From Chiloscyllium plagiosum (taxonomy: Eukaryota), in contig NC_057755.1 of the NCBI RefSeq assembly GCF_004010195.1, positions 2,749,498-2,813,112 of the forward strand: DNA of 63,615 nt. Direction: 5' to 3'. The stretch's first letter is position 1, and each line of letters starts with the position of its first letter. The translations under genes were made by a program, and so were the position numbers. Shown here one piece after another: positions 24,213 to 36,330 of this stretch. The notes beneath the pieces are model-generated. The model was given only the letters and a program-made list of their open reading frames with translations, was not told the origin of the DNA and ran no database searches.

Positions 24213-26247
24213 AATTGTAAAAAACAAAGCTCACATATCAATAAATTTCTGTTCGAGTCAAATTCTGAAGCAGCGAATTTGATTGAAACATACTTGCAAG
24301 ACGGATGTCTAATGAATAGGCCCCCCGATCGGAGGGTTATATTCTGATTTATGCAGTTCAGCTGCATCTCTCTGTCCTCCCCCTTTACCCCATTGGATAC
24401 TTTTGCTGTAGCACGCAGCCTATCATAAGCTCAAGCTTCACTCCGCTTCTGTTTCCCATTATTCTAAGCCTGTCGCCCCTTACTCTTATTTATCTAATTC
24501 CTTATTTGTGACTATCCTGGCATAGTTTCCTGTCTTCGTGTGATCATCCTGCCAAACTAAATTCCGTCCATTGAGTACATCCCTCCTGCAATTGGCACAC
24601 AATTCTCCTGTTACTGGTACACTCTGATGCATGGTTCCTCTACCCTATTAGTCATTGATAATTCTACCTGTTTTCACTTCTCACTGTTTAGTATTTGCAT
24701 GTGCAGTCCAATTTTATCATGTTGCTTCTGCAAAAGCTTCCACCTCTTTCCTTATGCTGCACAATTTTAACCCTACACTTAACACAGAGGAGAGTGGGCC
24801 CGGTGAGGAGGAGTGTACACCTAGCACAGGGGAGAATGGGCCGGGTGAGAAGGGATGTACACCCAGCACAGGGGAGAGTGGGCCCGGTAAGGGGGAGTGC
24901 ACACCTAGCACGGGGAGAGTGGGCCCAGTGAGCCAGGGTGTACACCCAGCACAGGGGAGAGTGGACCCGGTGAGGGTGAGCGCACACCCAGCACAAGGGA
25001 GAGTGGGCCCGGTGAGGAGGGGTGTACACACAGCACAGGGGAGAGTGGGCCTGGTGAGGAGGGGTGTACACCCAGCACAGGGGAGAGTGGGACCGGTGAG
25101 GGTGAGTGAACAAAAAGCACAGGGGAGTGTGGGCCTCGTGAGGAGGTGTGTACACCCAGCAGAGGGTAGAGTGGATGCAGTGAGGGAGAGTGTACACCCA
25201 GCACAGGGGAGAGCGTGCCTGGTGAGGAAGGGTGTACACCTAGCACAGGGGAGAGTGGGCCCGGTGAGGGGGGAGTGTAAACCCAGCACAGGGGAAGAGT
25301 GGGCCCAGTGAGGGGTGTGTACACCTAGCACAGAGGAGGGGAAGTGTACACCCAGCACAGGGGAGAGTGGGCCTGGTGAGGGGAAGTGTACACCCAGCAC
25401 AGGGGAGAGTGGGCCTGGTGAGGGAGAAAGTTTGCCCAGCACAGGGGAAAGTGGGCCCGGTGTGTGGGAGTGTACACCCAGCAGAGGGGAATGTGGGCCC
25501 TGTGTGGGGGAATGAACACTCAGCACAGAGTAGAGTGGACCCGGTGAGGAAGATTATAACCCAGCACAAGGGTGAGTGGGCCCTGTGAGGAGGGGTGTAT
25601 GCTCAGCACAGGGGAGAGTGGGCCCGGTGAGAGGAAATGTACACCCAGCAGAGGGGAGAGTGGGCCCGGTGAGGAGGAGCGAACACCCAGCTCAAGGGAC
25701 AGTGGGCCCGGTGAGGGGGAGTGTACATCCAGCACAGGGGAGAGTGGGCCCGGTGAGGAGGAGTGTACACCCAGCACAGGCGAGAGTGGGCCCGGTGAGG
25801 GGACATGTATGCCCAGCACAGGGGAGAGTGGGCCCGGTCAGGGGGAGTGAACATCCAGCACAGGGGAAAATGGGCCTAGTGAGGGGGGAGTGTACACCCA
25901 GCACCGGGAGAGTGAGCTCAGTGACGATGAGTATACAACCAGCACAGGATAGAGTGTGCCCGGTGAGGGCAGATTGTACGCCCAGCACAGGGTAGAGTGT
26001 GCCTGATGAAGAGTGTACACCCAGCACAGGGGAGAATGGGCCCGGTGAGGAGGGGTATACACACAGCACAGGGGAGAGTGGGCCTAGTGAGGAGGAGTGT
26101 ACATCCAAACCAGGGGAGTGTGGGCCTGGTGAGGAGGAGTGTAAACCCAGCACAGGGGAGAGTGGGCCCGCTGAGGAGGGGTGTGTGCCCAGTACAGGAG
26201 AGTGTGTGCCTGGTGAGGGAGAGAGTACGACCAGCACAGGGGAAAGT

Positions 26248-26429
26248 TGCGAAAATGTGTTGCTGGAAAAGCGCAGGTCAGGCAGCATCCCAGGAGCAGG
26301 AGAATCGACGTTTCAGGCATGAGCCTTTACGTCGATTCTCCTGCTCCTTGGATGCTGCCTAACCTGCTGCGCTTTTTGAGCAACACATTGTCAGCTCTGA
26401 TCTCCAGCATTTGCAGTCATCACTTTCTC
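26248..26429. mobile_element. PLE hairpin-plus-tail mini-element inserted in the minisatellite; 13-bp TSD
   Basis: Inverted arms AATGTGTTGCT...AGCAACACATT and tail CTGATCTCCAGCATTTGCAGTCATCACTTTCTC. TSD CACAGGGGAAAGT on both sides. Confidence 0.85.
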
Positions 26430-26559
26430 CACAGGGGAAAGTGGGCCCAGTGTGTGGGGCTGTACACCCAGCACAGGGGAGAGTGGGCCCAGTGAGGAGG
26501 GGTGTAAACCCAGCACAGAGGAGAGTGGGCCCGCTGAGAATGGGTGTACGGTGGGAAAG

Positions 26560-26725
26560 TGGTCAAAATGTGTCGCTGAAAAAGCACAGCAGGTCAGGCA
26601 GCATCCAAGGAGTAGGAGAATCGACGTTTCAATTCCTGATGAAGGGCTTTTGCCCGAAACGTCAATTTCGAAGCTCCTTGGATGCTGCCTGAATTGCTGT
26701 GCTCTTCCAGCACCACTAATCCAGA
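26560..26725. mobile_element. PLE pLTR hairpin fragment with a plus-strand hammerhead core (about 26632-26666)
   Basis: ATTCCTGATGAAGGGCTTTTGCCCGAAACGTC preceded by an inverted pLTR segment. Confidence 0.8.
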
Positions 26726-27620
26726 GACAGGGGTGAATGGGCCCATTTAGGAGGTGTGTAGAGCCAGCACAGTGTAGAGTGGGCCTGGTGAGGGGGAGCA
26801 TACACACAGCACAGGGGAGTGTGGGCCCAGTGAGGATGGGTGTACGTCCAGTACAGTGGAGAGTGGGACAGGTGAGGAAGAGTGTACACCTAGCACAGAG
26901 GAGAGTGGGCCCGGGGAGGAGTAGTGTCCACCCAACACAGGGGTGTGTGTGCCCGGTGAGGGGGAGTGTACACCCATCATAGGGAAGAGTATGCCTGATG
27001 AGAGAGAGAGTTCGCCCAGCACAGGGGAAAGTGGGCCCGGTGTGTGGGAGTGTACACACAGCACAGGGGAGAGTGGGCCCGGTGAGGGGTAGTGTACACC
27101 CAGCACAGGGGTGAATGGGCCCGGTGAGGAGGGGTGTACACCCAGCACAGGGGAGTGTGGGCCCGGTGAGGGGGAATGTACACCCAGCACAAAGGAGAGT
27201 GGGCCAGGTTAGGGGGAGTGTACGCTCAGCACAGAGGAGAGGGGCCAGGTTAGGGGGTATGTGCAGCCAGCACAGGGTAGAGTGGGCCCGGTGAGGAGGG
27301 GTATACACCCTGCAGAGGGGTGAATGGGCCCAGTGAGGAGGGGTGTACGCCCAGCACAGGGGTGAGTGGGGGCCGGTGAGGAGGGGTGTACACCCAGCAC
27401 AGGGGAGAGTGGGCCCGGTGAGGAGGGGTGTACACACAGCCCAGGGGAGAGTGGGCCCGGTGAGGAGGGGTGTACACCCGACAGAGAGGTGAATGGAACC
27501 AGTGAGGAGGGGTGTACGCACAGCACAGGGGTGAATGGAACCAGTGAGGAGGGGTGTACGCACAGCACAGGGGAGAGCGGGCCCGGTGAGGAGGGGTGTA
27601 CACACAGCACAGGGGAGAGC

Positions 27621-27730
27621 GGTAAAAGCAATGACTGCAGATGCTGGAAACCAGATTCTGGATCAGTGGTGCTGGAAGAGCACAGCAATTCAGGCAGCAT
27701 CCGAGGACAGGCAAAATCGACATTTCGGGC
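27621..27730 (-). mobile_element. PLE pLTR/tail fragment at the left edge of the homogeneous array
   Basis: Nearly identical to 20049-20158 (GGTAAAA..AATGACTGCAGATGCTGGAAACCAGATTCTGG...TTTCGGGC). Confidence 0.85.
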
Positions 27731-29091
27731 CGGGCCCGGTGAGGAGGGGTGTGCACACGGCACAGGGGAGAGCGGGCCCGGTGAGGAGGGGTGTGCACAC
27801 GGCACAGGGGAGAGCGGGCCCGGTGAGGAGGGGTGTGCACACGGCACAGGGGAGAGCGGGCCCGGTGAGGAGGGGTGTGCACACGGCACAGGGGAGAGCG
27901 GGCCCGGTGAGGAGGGGTGTGCACACGGCACAGGGGAGAGCGGGCCCGGTGAGGAGGGGTGTGCACACGGCACAGGGGAGAGCGGGCCCGGTGAGGAGGG
28001 GTGTGCACACGGCACAGGGGAGAGCGGGCCCGGTGAGGAGGGGTGTGCACACGGCACAGGGGAGAGCGGGCCCGGTGAGGAGGGGTGTGCACACGGCACA
28101 GGGGAGAGCGGGCCCGGTGAGGAGGGGTGTGCACACGGCACAGGGGAGAGCGGGCCCGGTGAGGAGGGGTGTGCACACGGCACAGGGGAGAGCGGGCCCG
28201 GTGAGGAGGGGTGTGCACACGGCACAGGGGAGAGCGGGCCCGGTGAGGAGGGGTGTGCACACGGCACAGGGGAGAGCGGGCCCGGTGAGGAGGGGTGTGC
28301 ACACGGCACAGGGGAGAGCGGGCCCGGTGAGGAGGGGTGTGCACACGGCACAGGGGAGAGCGGGCCCGGTGAGGAGGGGTGTGCACACGGCACAGGGGAG
28401 AGCGGGCCCGGTGAGGAGGGGTGTGCACACGGCACAGGGGAGAGCGGGCCCGGTGAGGAGGGGTGTGCACACGGCACAGGGGAGAGCGGGCCCGGTGAGG
28501 AGGGGTGTGCACACGGCACAGGGGAGAGCGGGCCCGGTGAGGAGGGGTGTGCACACGGCACAGGGGAGAGCGGGCCCGGTGAGGAGGGGTGTGCACACGG
28601 CACAGGGGAGAGCGGGCCCGGTGAGGAGGGGTGTGCACACGGCACAGGGGAGAGCGGGCCCGGTGAGGAGGGGTGTGCACACGGCACAGGGGAGAGCGGG
28701 CCCGGTGAGGAGGGGTGTGCACACGGCACAGGGGAGAGCGGGCCCGGTGAGGAGGGGTGTGCACACGGCACAGGGGAGAGCGGGCCCGGTGAGGAGGGGT
28801 GTGCACACGGCACAGGGGAGAGTGGGCCCGGTGAGGAGGGGTGTGCACACGGCACAGGGGAGAGTGGGCCCGGTGAGGAGGGATGTGCACACGGCACAGG
28901 GGAGAGTGGGCCCGGTGAGGAGGGGCGTGCACACGGCACAGGGGAGAGGGGGCCCGGTGAGGAGGGGTGTGCACACGGCACAGGGGAGAGTGGGCCCGGT
29001 GAGGAGGGGTGTGCACACGGCACAGGGGAGAGTGGGTCCGGCTGAGCCCTGTCCCCGTGACCTGTCCTACCTGCCGATCTTCTTTTCCACC

Positions 29092-29430
29092 TGGAAGGAT
29101 GAAAATAGCACTCACTCCGCTCTTGCCGAAACCACAGGCCATTTCTCGGTTCCGGGTATAAACAGTGAGCGGTGCCGCGCCGCTCGTTCACGCCGAGTCC
29201 GTTAAACGGCCGCGGGCCTCGAGACACCGCGAGCGTCCTTCCCCCCCTTAGGGCGGGCCTTAGCTCCTGTCTAGCTCCGATTGGTCAGAATGCCCGTCAA
29301 TCCCGTGTTTCCATCCAATAGGACGTGAGGCCCCGCCCAGTGACGCAAGGAGGAATCGCTGGAGAAACTCGGCGGGTTTGGGAGCATGTGTGGAGATAAA
29401 GCAAAGGTAACGTTTCAGATTCAATGATAA
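29092..29430 (-). promoter_or_regulatory. CpG-rich Pol II promoter / putative first exon (module B), paralogous to module A
   Basis: On the minus strand: ATTGG (29315-29319), CCAATCGGAG (about 29275-29284), CGCGGCCGTTTAAC, CCGGAA, AAATGGCC (ATG at 29142) and donor GTGAGT (29110-29115). Confidence 0.6.
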
Positions 29431-29699
29431 TAACTAGGCAAAGCTACCAACTTTATTTATTTTATGCTTATTGCGAGGACATTATATGGACATTTTACTT
29501 TGACTATTCCAAGCAAGTGATCTCACGGTTGGTCACAACTTGTGTATAAGAGCTGGGAATGTGATCTTCCAAGGTGAAGGACAGGTTCATCTTCAGTAAT
29601 GTGGGGAGGGGGGTACGGGCTAAAGGCAGGAAAGTTGGATTGAGAATGATCACATCAGTCATGATCTGATTGAATGCTGGAGCAGACTTACCTCTGCTG

Positions 29700-29892
29700 A
29701 TTTAGAGATGGTGGTGTTGGATTGGGGTGTACAAAGTTAAAAATCACCAGGTTACAGTCAAACAGGATTAATTGGAAGTACACTAGCTTTTGGAGCACCA
29801 CAACCACCTGATGAAGGAGCGGAGCTCCGAAAGCTAGTGCTTTCAATTAAACATGTTGGACTATAACCTGGTGTTGTGGGATTTTTAACTTA
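29700..29892. mobile_element. Hairpin-plus-tail mini-element of a second PLE family, with a hammerhead at 29805-29839
   Basis: Inverted arms AAGTTAAAAATC..CCAGGTTA / TAACCTGG..GATTTTTAACTT. Motif CAC-CTGATGA-A-GGAGC(GGA)GCTCC-GAA-AGCT-A-GTG. A related pLTR remnant lies at about 44980-45060. Confidence 0.8.
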
Positions 29893-29913
29893 CTTCTGCT
29901 NNNNNNNNNNNNN

Positions 29914-31340
29914 GGGCAGGAGGCTGGAAGGACACAGCAAGCCGGGCAGCATCAGGAGGTGGAAAAGGCAGCTTTTCAGGTATAACCCTTCTTCAGGGCT
30001 GGGGGCAGGGTGTTGGGGAAGGGGAGCTTCAGATAAAGGGTGGGTGGTGAGATGGGCGGAGTGGGTAAGTAGTGACCACAAATGGAGGGTACGGCCTGTT
30101 TGGTTGATGGGAGGAATGAATCCAGTCGGCAGCTGGAAGGCAGGCTCGGTCAGAGATATGGAAGGGAAGAGGAGGGTGCTGGAAAGGGAATCGGGGGATG
30201 GGCTTGGAGGTTATTTGAAATTAGAGAACTCAATGTTAAGTCCTCCTGGCGTTTGGCTGCTCGGGCGGAAGATGAGGTGCAGTTCCTCCACTTTGCAGTC
30301 TGATCCGCTGTGGCAATGGGCGAGGCCAAGGATGGTCAAGCTGTAGATGAAATTGGAAGGTGAATTGTAGTGGGCAGTGAGTGGGAGTTCAAGTTGGTCC
30401 TTGTTGGTCTGACTGAGAGGCTCGGCAAAACGTGCCTTTCGTTTACATTTGGTCTCATTGATACAGAGAAGACCATATTGGCAGCACTGGATACAGGAAA
30501 CTAGGTTGGAGGAGAGGCAGATGAACCTCTCATCTGGAAGGACTATTTGGGGCCCTGGATGGAGATGAGGAGTAGGGTAATGTGCCGGCAGGTTTAGCAT
30601 CTTTTACGGTTGCAGGGGTTCAGGAAAATTCCTCACTCCACTGCTCGAAACACATTTCCCCCTTACCCAAAAAGCAACAAGACGGGGTCTCCCTTGTCCT
30701 CACCTTCCACCTCACCACTCTCTGTATCCAATACATCATCCTTCAACACTTCCACCAACTCCATCTAGACCCCACCACCAAGAATATCTTCCACTCCACA
30801 CCTCTGTCTGCCTTTCGCAAGGACCATTCCCTTCGACAGTTCTTGGTTTCTGCCACTCTCGCCACTAACACCCCAAATCCCTGGTACCTTCCCCTGCAAC
30901 AGTAAGAGATGCAAAGTCTGCTGGCACACCACCCACCTCATCTCTATCCAGGGCCCTGAACGGTCCTGCCTGGGACAGAGGTTCACCTACCTCTCGTCCA
31001 ACCTAGTTTACTGTATCTGGTGCTCCTGATGTAGTCTTCTCTACATTGGTGAGACCAAAAGTAAACTAAGGGTATATTTCACTGAACATCTCAGCCAGGC
31101 CCACAAGGGCTGACCTGACCGCCCAATCACCGCTCACTACAATTTCCCATTCCCTCTTTGACATGACCCTCCTCTGTTGCCACAGTGAATCAGACCACAA
31201 CATCTCATCTTCCGCCTGGGCAGCCTACACCCTTAAGGACTCAACATTGAGTTCTGCAACTTCAAATGACCTCTTTTCCCATCCTGACTCTCTTTCTAGC
31301 CATTCCTCCTCGTTTTCCTTCTTCTGACTGACCTTTCCTT
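29914..31340. mobile_element. Two inverted PLE 3' fragments (minus about 29914-30620, plus about 30625-31340), GIY-YIG region
   Basis: ORF 30211..30600 (FICLSSNLVSCIQC...EELHLIFR) and ORF 30582..30905 (LVLTFH...PLSAFRKDHSLRQFLV). Confidence 0.8.
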
Positions 31341-31899
31341 CTGCTGGTTGCGAATCCTATCAGATAGAATGGATTGGTTGGAGAGGCAGGTAGAGGCAAT
31401 GAAGACTTTACAAGAGCAAGGGGATGTGATGGATGGCAGTTATAGGAAGGGGGGAAGTCTCAGATTCAGTCACACAAATGGGTTAACTCCAGGAAAAGTA
31501 AGAGAAGGAGGCAGGTAGTGCAGGAGTCTTCTGTGGCTCATTTCAAACAAATATGCTGTTTTGGAAAATGTCTGGGATGATGGACACTCGGGTACGTAAC
31601 AGGAACAGCCAAGATTCTGGTATTGAGACTGGCTCTGTGTAATGAGACGTATGTTGGGTTCCAAGCGATCAGTTGTGTTAGGGGACTGTCTAGTCCGACA
31701 TACAGACAGACGTTTCTGTGGCCAGCAGCGAAAAATCAGAATGGTGTGTTGCTTCCTTGGTGCCAGGATCAAGAATGTCTCAGAGACGGTGCAGAATGTT
31801 CTCAAGGGGGAGAGGGACCAGCAGGAAGTCATTTTACACATTGAAACCAATGACATATGAAGGCAAAAGGTTGAGATTTTGAAGGGAGATTACAGAGAG

Positions 31900-32399
31900 N
31901 NNNNNNNNNNNNNNNNNNNNNNNNNNNNNNNNNNNNNNNNNNNNNNNNNNNNNNNNNNNNNNNNNNNNNNNNNNNNNNNNNNNNNNNNNNNNNNNNNNNN
32001 NNNNNNNNNNNNNNNNNNNNNNNNNNNNNNNNNNNNNNNNNNNNNNNNNNNNNNNNNNNNNNNNNNNNNNNNNNNNNNNNNNNNNNNNNNNNNNNNNNNN
32101 NNNNNNNNNNNNNNNNNNNNNNNNNNNNNNNNNNNNNNNNNNNNNNNNNNNNNNNNNNNNNNNNNNNNNNNNNNNNNNNNNNNNNNNNNNNNNNNNNNNN
32201 NNNNNNNNNNNNNNNNNNNNNNNNNNNNNNNNNNNNNNNNNNNNNNNNNNNNNNNNNNNNNNNNNNNNNNNNNNNNNNNNNNNNNNNNNNNNNNNNNNNN
32301 NNNNNNNNNNNNNNNNNNNNNNNNNNNNNNNNNNNNNNNNNNNNNNNNNNNNNNNNNNNNNNNNNNNNNNNNNNNNNNNNNNNNNNNNNNNNNNNNNNN
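31900..32399. other. Assembly gap (500 N); other gaps at 29901-29913 and 53904-54403
   Basis: Runs of N. Confidence 1.
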
Positions 32400-33070
32400 A
32401 CCCCACAACCTAAGCTACCTCTGGAATATGTGCTGTGTGACTTTTCACCGCATCAAGAGGCGGTTCTTGTATTGACTGCTTTCGTACACCATCCACATCA
32501 ACGTTTCTGTCCGCCGCCTGGACAGGTCTTGGTATGGTTATTTTCCACTGGGCGGCAGAGATCCCCAGTGGAGGGCTCTCCAAATTGCCTTTTTCCCTCT
32601 ATCTCTCGAGGACCTGTGATGGAAGGTGTTGCACACAGCAGTCCCGTATAACTGAAGATTGCTGTAGTCCATGGATTTCCAGCCCAACTGTTTATTTTAC
32701 GATGCTGCGTGGGGTCCATGGACCATGTGTGTATTGATTGTGAGCGCTTGCACTTCCTCTTTAGTTATTTGAAAACTCTTTGTGTCTTTGGTTTCACTTC
32801 AACCCCACGTTTCTGATTTTGGGCACCCAGTGTGGAGGGGTGTGAACAGATTGGAGAAGTTCCTTGTGGGTCTGCTCCTGGCACTGCTCAGGCTGGCCAT
32901 TAACAGGTCAACACAGAGGGCCATGGAAAGGGTAATCTCTGCTGACTGCCTGTCCCTCTTCCACCATCATGTTTAAGCTTCAGTGTCTCTGGAGAAGGAG
33001 TACTTGGTGTCCATCAATGCTATTGAAACCTTTAATAAGAAGTAGACATTGTGGAGCATGGATTACTTTA
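32400..33070 (+). mobile_element. Decayed Tx1-type ORF2 C-terminal fragment
   Basis: ORF 32782..32976 (FLVGLLLALLRLAINRS...DCLSLF), preceded by a C/H-rich zinc-binding remnant. Confidence 0.55.
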
Positions 33071-33262
33071 TTTCCCCTACATTTCTAATTAATTTGGACC
33101 CCTCCTTCTCTCCCCAACACATCACCTGCCTCACCTTTCTTAAACATTGCCCTCAACAGGCCTTGTTTGGTCATATACACATTTCTTGATGGTTGAAAAA
33201 AATGTAATAAAGTCTATTCACAAAGGTGTATTTCTTTCAGTCCCACAATACTCTCTATGAGT

Positions 33263-33795
33263 CTATGGGTGGTGTGCTGGAAAAGCACAGCTGGTCAGGC
33301 AGTTGTGGAGCAGGAGGAGAATTGACGTTTCAACCAAGTGCTCTTCATCAGGAATGAGACTTGTGGGCCAGGGAGCTGAGAGATAAATGGGAGGGGGTGG
33401 TTGCTGCCGGGATAGTAGATAAGATTGCGATAGGTAGATGAAGGTGCGGTTGGACATGATGGTCGGAAGGAGGATGAATTGGATGGGTGGGAAGGAAGGA
33501 AGGAAGATGGACAGATAGGACCAGACAAGGGGGTGGTGCTAATTTGGAGGCATGGGAGTAGGATAAGGTGGGAGGAGTGGAAATGAGGAAATTAGTGAAA
33601 TCCACATTGATCCTGTGCATGGTTCCAAGGCGGAAGGTAAGGCATTCTTCCTCGAGACATTAGGTGGTGAGGATTTGGTGCGGGTGTCCCAGAGATGTTC
33701 TCTGAAATAATCTGCAAGTTTGCATCCTGTCTCCCTGAGGTAGAGGAGACCAAAGGATACAGTAGTTAACGTGTGTGGAAATACAGGTAAATTTC
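33263..33795 (-). mobile_element. PLE 3' fragment with pLTR and decayed hammerhead
   Basis: INVDFTNFLIS as in the 16.9 kb PLE; minus-strand CCTGATGAAGAGCACTTGGTTGAAACGTC. Confidence 0.75.
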
Positions 33796-34420
33796 AGCCC
33801 GTGAGGTTTAGGAATGAGTATGATCAGTGAACTCCACTCTGACTCGATGCAATGATGTCTTCACTGAGCATTGCATTCACTTCCTTCTGGACTTGTGTGG
33901 ATTTGAGAGATTAAGTCTGTAGGGCTATTGTTTTATGGAAACTGAAATTCATACTTGGCCTTCATGTGCAATATTATTAGTCCTCCCCAATCTATTCCCG
34001 CAAATGTCCTCAAACTGCTGCACCAAACGTTTCCTGAGAAAGATAGCTTCCTGTCCTATTCTATTCTTCAAGGACTTCCTTGTTATTTAATGCATTTTGA
34101 GTACACCAAATTCTTTGTTGTCGAGATTTGATTCCTCACTCTGTGGAGCAGTAACCAACAATTGTTTCTCCTGTGGCTTTCCTAGCCTCTGATATATTTT
34201 ACAGGTACAGCAAAATTCAACCATACCCTAAAGCAGTCCAGGCCATTGGAAGTGTTTTTGTACCTTAGCCTGAGCTTCCTCACACCTAGATAACCTCCTA
34301 CTAGCAATTCAGGTGTGACCTGTGATACTTCCTGTCTGTATGCTACCAGAAACACAATCTGATGTACTCCCACCCATTTCTCCTCTGCACTAACCTGCTG
34401 TGGTCTCCATTTTCACCTTA
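33796..34420 (-). mobile_element. Gypsy (Gmr1-like) pol remnant: integrase Zn-binding region upstream of RT N-terminus
   Basis: ORF 34182..34373 YRQEVSQVTPELLVGGYLGVRK. Downstream on the minus strand, a broken-frame ICGNRLGRTN...IKQ*PYRLN...QVQKEVNAML. Confidence 0.6.
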
Positions 34421-34439
34421 GGATTCAGTCCAGCAGTCT

Positions 34440-34610
34440 CTTCTGCTATCTTCCTGCCGGCCTTCTGAACCTGTCCCTTCCCTCTGACCTTCGCATTCTG
34501 CTGTCTTCCTGCGGCCTTCTGAACATGTCCCTTCCCTCTGAGCTTCCCATTCTGCTGTCTTTCTGCCGGCCTTCTGAACATGTCCCTTCCCTCTGAACTT
34601 CCCATTCTAA
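34440..34610. repeat. ~55-bp tandem repeat, 3 copies
   Basis: TTCTGCTGTCTTCCTGCCGGCCTTCTGAACATGTCCCTTCCCTCTGA... repeated. Confidence 0.85.
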
Positions 34611-35169
34611 TGTCTTCTCTCTGGGTTGTCTTCTTACTCCTTACTGCTTTTACTGGAAAAGTTATCTTTGATAACTCGTGCCTTTGGAGATTTTCTTTGG
34701 GACAAAAATATTTATTTCTTCGGATGGCAGTTCCTCTGAATAATATTCAAAGTTTTTATTCCATCAACATCTTACCCTCTCATTGGCCTAAAGTTGTCAA
34801 TACTTACAATACAAACTCAATTGGGTATTGGTATCCTGGGCATAATTTAATTTAATTCGTTAAATTCAAACAGCAACCAAAACGCAGGGATCCATTTTCC
34901 ATCCAATTATTGCATGTATCTATTTTGGCAGAGCCTGTCTCTTAGCTGTTCTGTATACTGGCAGCTGTTACTGTACCCTAAATTCAGAAAACACTTTCTA
35001 TCTTAAATTGCCCAAATGTTTTGGCTTCGTAACAGTATCTAAGAGTTGTACCTAGATACTAGTACCTGAGATGGCTCCATAATAGGTGACATTGTAAACA
35101 TTTTCACTGAGCTCCTTAACTTTTGTACTTGAGTACATTTGACAATAAATGATAATCTAATTCTAATTC

Positions 35170-36330
35170 TAGAAGATAAGGTGGGAGAAGGGTGAAAGGC
35201 AAGGCTTAAACAATAGGTTGGGGTAGAGCCCAAAGAGAGAGAAGAACAGTTGGACAGAGAAAACAGTGGGTAAAAATCTGGCTAGGAGGGTGAATAGGTG
35301 TAATTGGAGATTGTTAGTAGCTAACAATGGGTTGTATGTAATAGCCAACTATGTGATAACAAGGCCTTGTGTGAAGGTTGCGATAAGGACGTGAAAGGGT
35401 TCAGTCCTTAAAGTTATTAAACTTGAGTCTGAAGGGCTACAGGGGCCCCTAACAGAAAAATGCGCTGTTGTTCTTCCACCCTGCACTGAGCTTCACTGGA
35501 GCACTGCAGTAAGCCTGAGATAGAGATGTTGGCCAGGGAATAGGATGGTTTGTTAAAGTGGCGGGCAGCTGGAAGCTCAGGGTCTTTTTTGTGGACAGAA
35601 TACAGGTGTTCTGCAAAGATGCCACCCAGTCTACACTTACTTTCTCCAATGTAGATGAGACTGCAATGTGAGCAGCAAATGCAATAGACTGAGTGAAGTC
35701 CAGGTAAAGTGTTGTTTCACCTGGAAGGTGTGTTTGAGCGGTTGGATACTGAGGCCGGAGAAGGTAAATGAGCAGACATTACACCTTTGTTGGTTGCATG
35801 GGAAGGTGCCATCAGGCTGCTGGTGGGATTGTGGTTTGGGAATGAAGGGAGAGTGGATGAGAGTTTTCTGGAGGGAATGGTCCCTCCAGAAAGCTGACAA
35901 GGGAAGGAAGGGGATTATCTCTCTGCTGGTAGCATCTCACTGGCTAATAATCTTGTGGACATGGTTGCTGGTGGGATAGCATTTAAGGACAACGGGAACC
36001 CCAGCTCTATTGCAGGAAACATGGGGGTGAGGACTGAAGTGCAGGGGATAGGTTGGACCAGGCAATCATGGAGCTGGGGCATCCTCGGTTGAGTAAGAAC
36101 GTGGACATTTCAGAAGCTCACATATCGAAGCTGGCCTCATCAGATCAAATGCGATGGAGATGGAGGAACTGGGAGAATGGAATAGAATCTGTGCAGGAAA
36201 CAGGGTGCAAGGATGAATAGTCCTGGTAACTGTGACAGTCGGAGGGCTTATGTTTGATATTGGTGGCCAGTCTACCCAAGAAATAGAAACAGAGGAAAGG
36301 AAGGGAGAAGTCAGAGAGTCATGGTGTGTA
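35170..36330 (-). mobile_element. Decayed PLE RT / GIY-YIG fragment
   Basis: ORF 35637..35900 (SAFWRDHSLQKTLIHS...GTFPCNQQRCNVC...FQVKQHFT). Confidence 0.75.

Larger units (their letters stand above)
24781..29037. repeat. 42-bp G-rich minisatellite (~4.2 kb): degenerate left part, homogeneous core 27731-29037 (~31 units)
   Basis: Core unit CGGGCCCGGTGAGGAGGGGTGTGCACACGGCACAGGGGAGAG. It explains the long 14-aa repeat ORFs in five frames. Confidence 0.97.

Noticed and set aside
27209..29227. Long ORFs of 440-670 aa in five frames (GPGEEGCAHGTGES and similar repeats)
   Set aside because: By-product of a 42-bp unit that lacks stops in most frames. They overlap on both strands, run through PLE fragments and have no unique domain.
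31834..32475. ORFs spanning X runs (also 53742-54482)
   Set aside because: Artefacts of N gaps.
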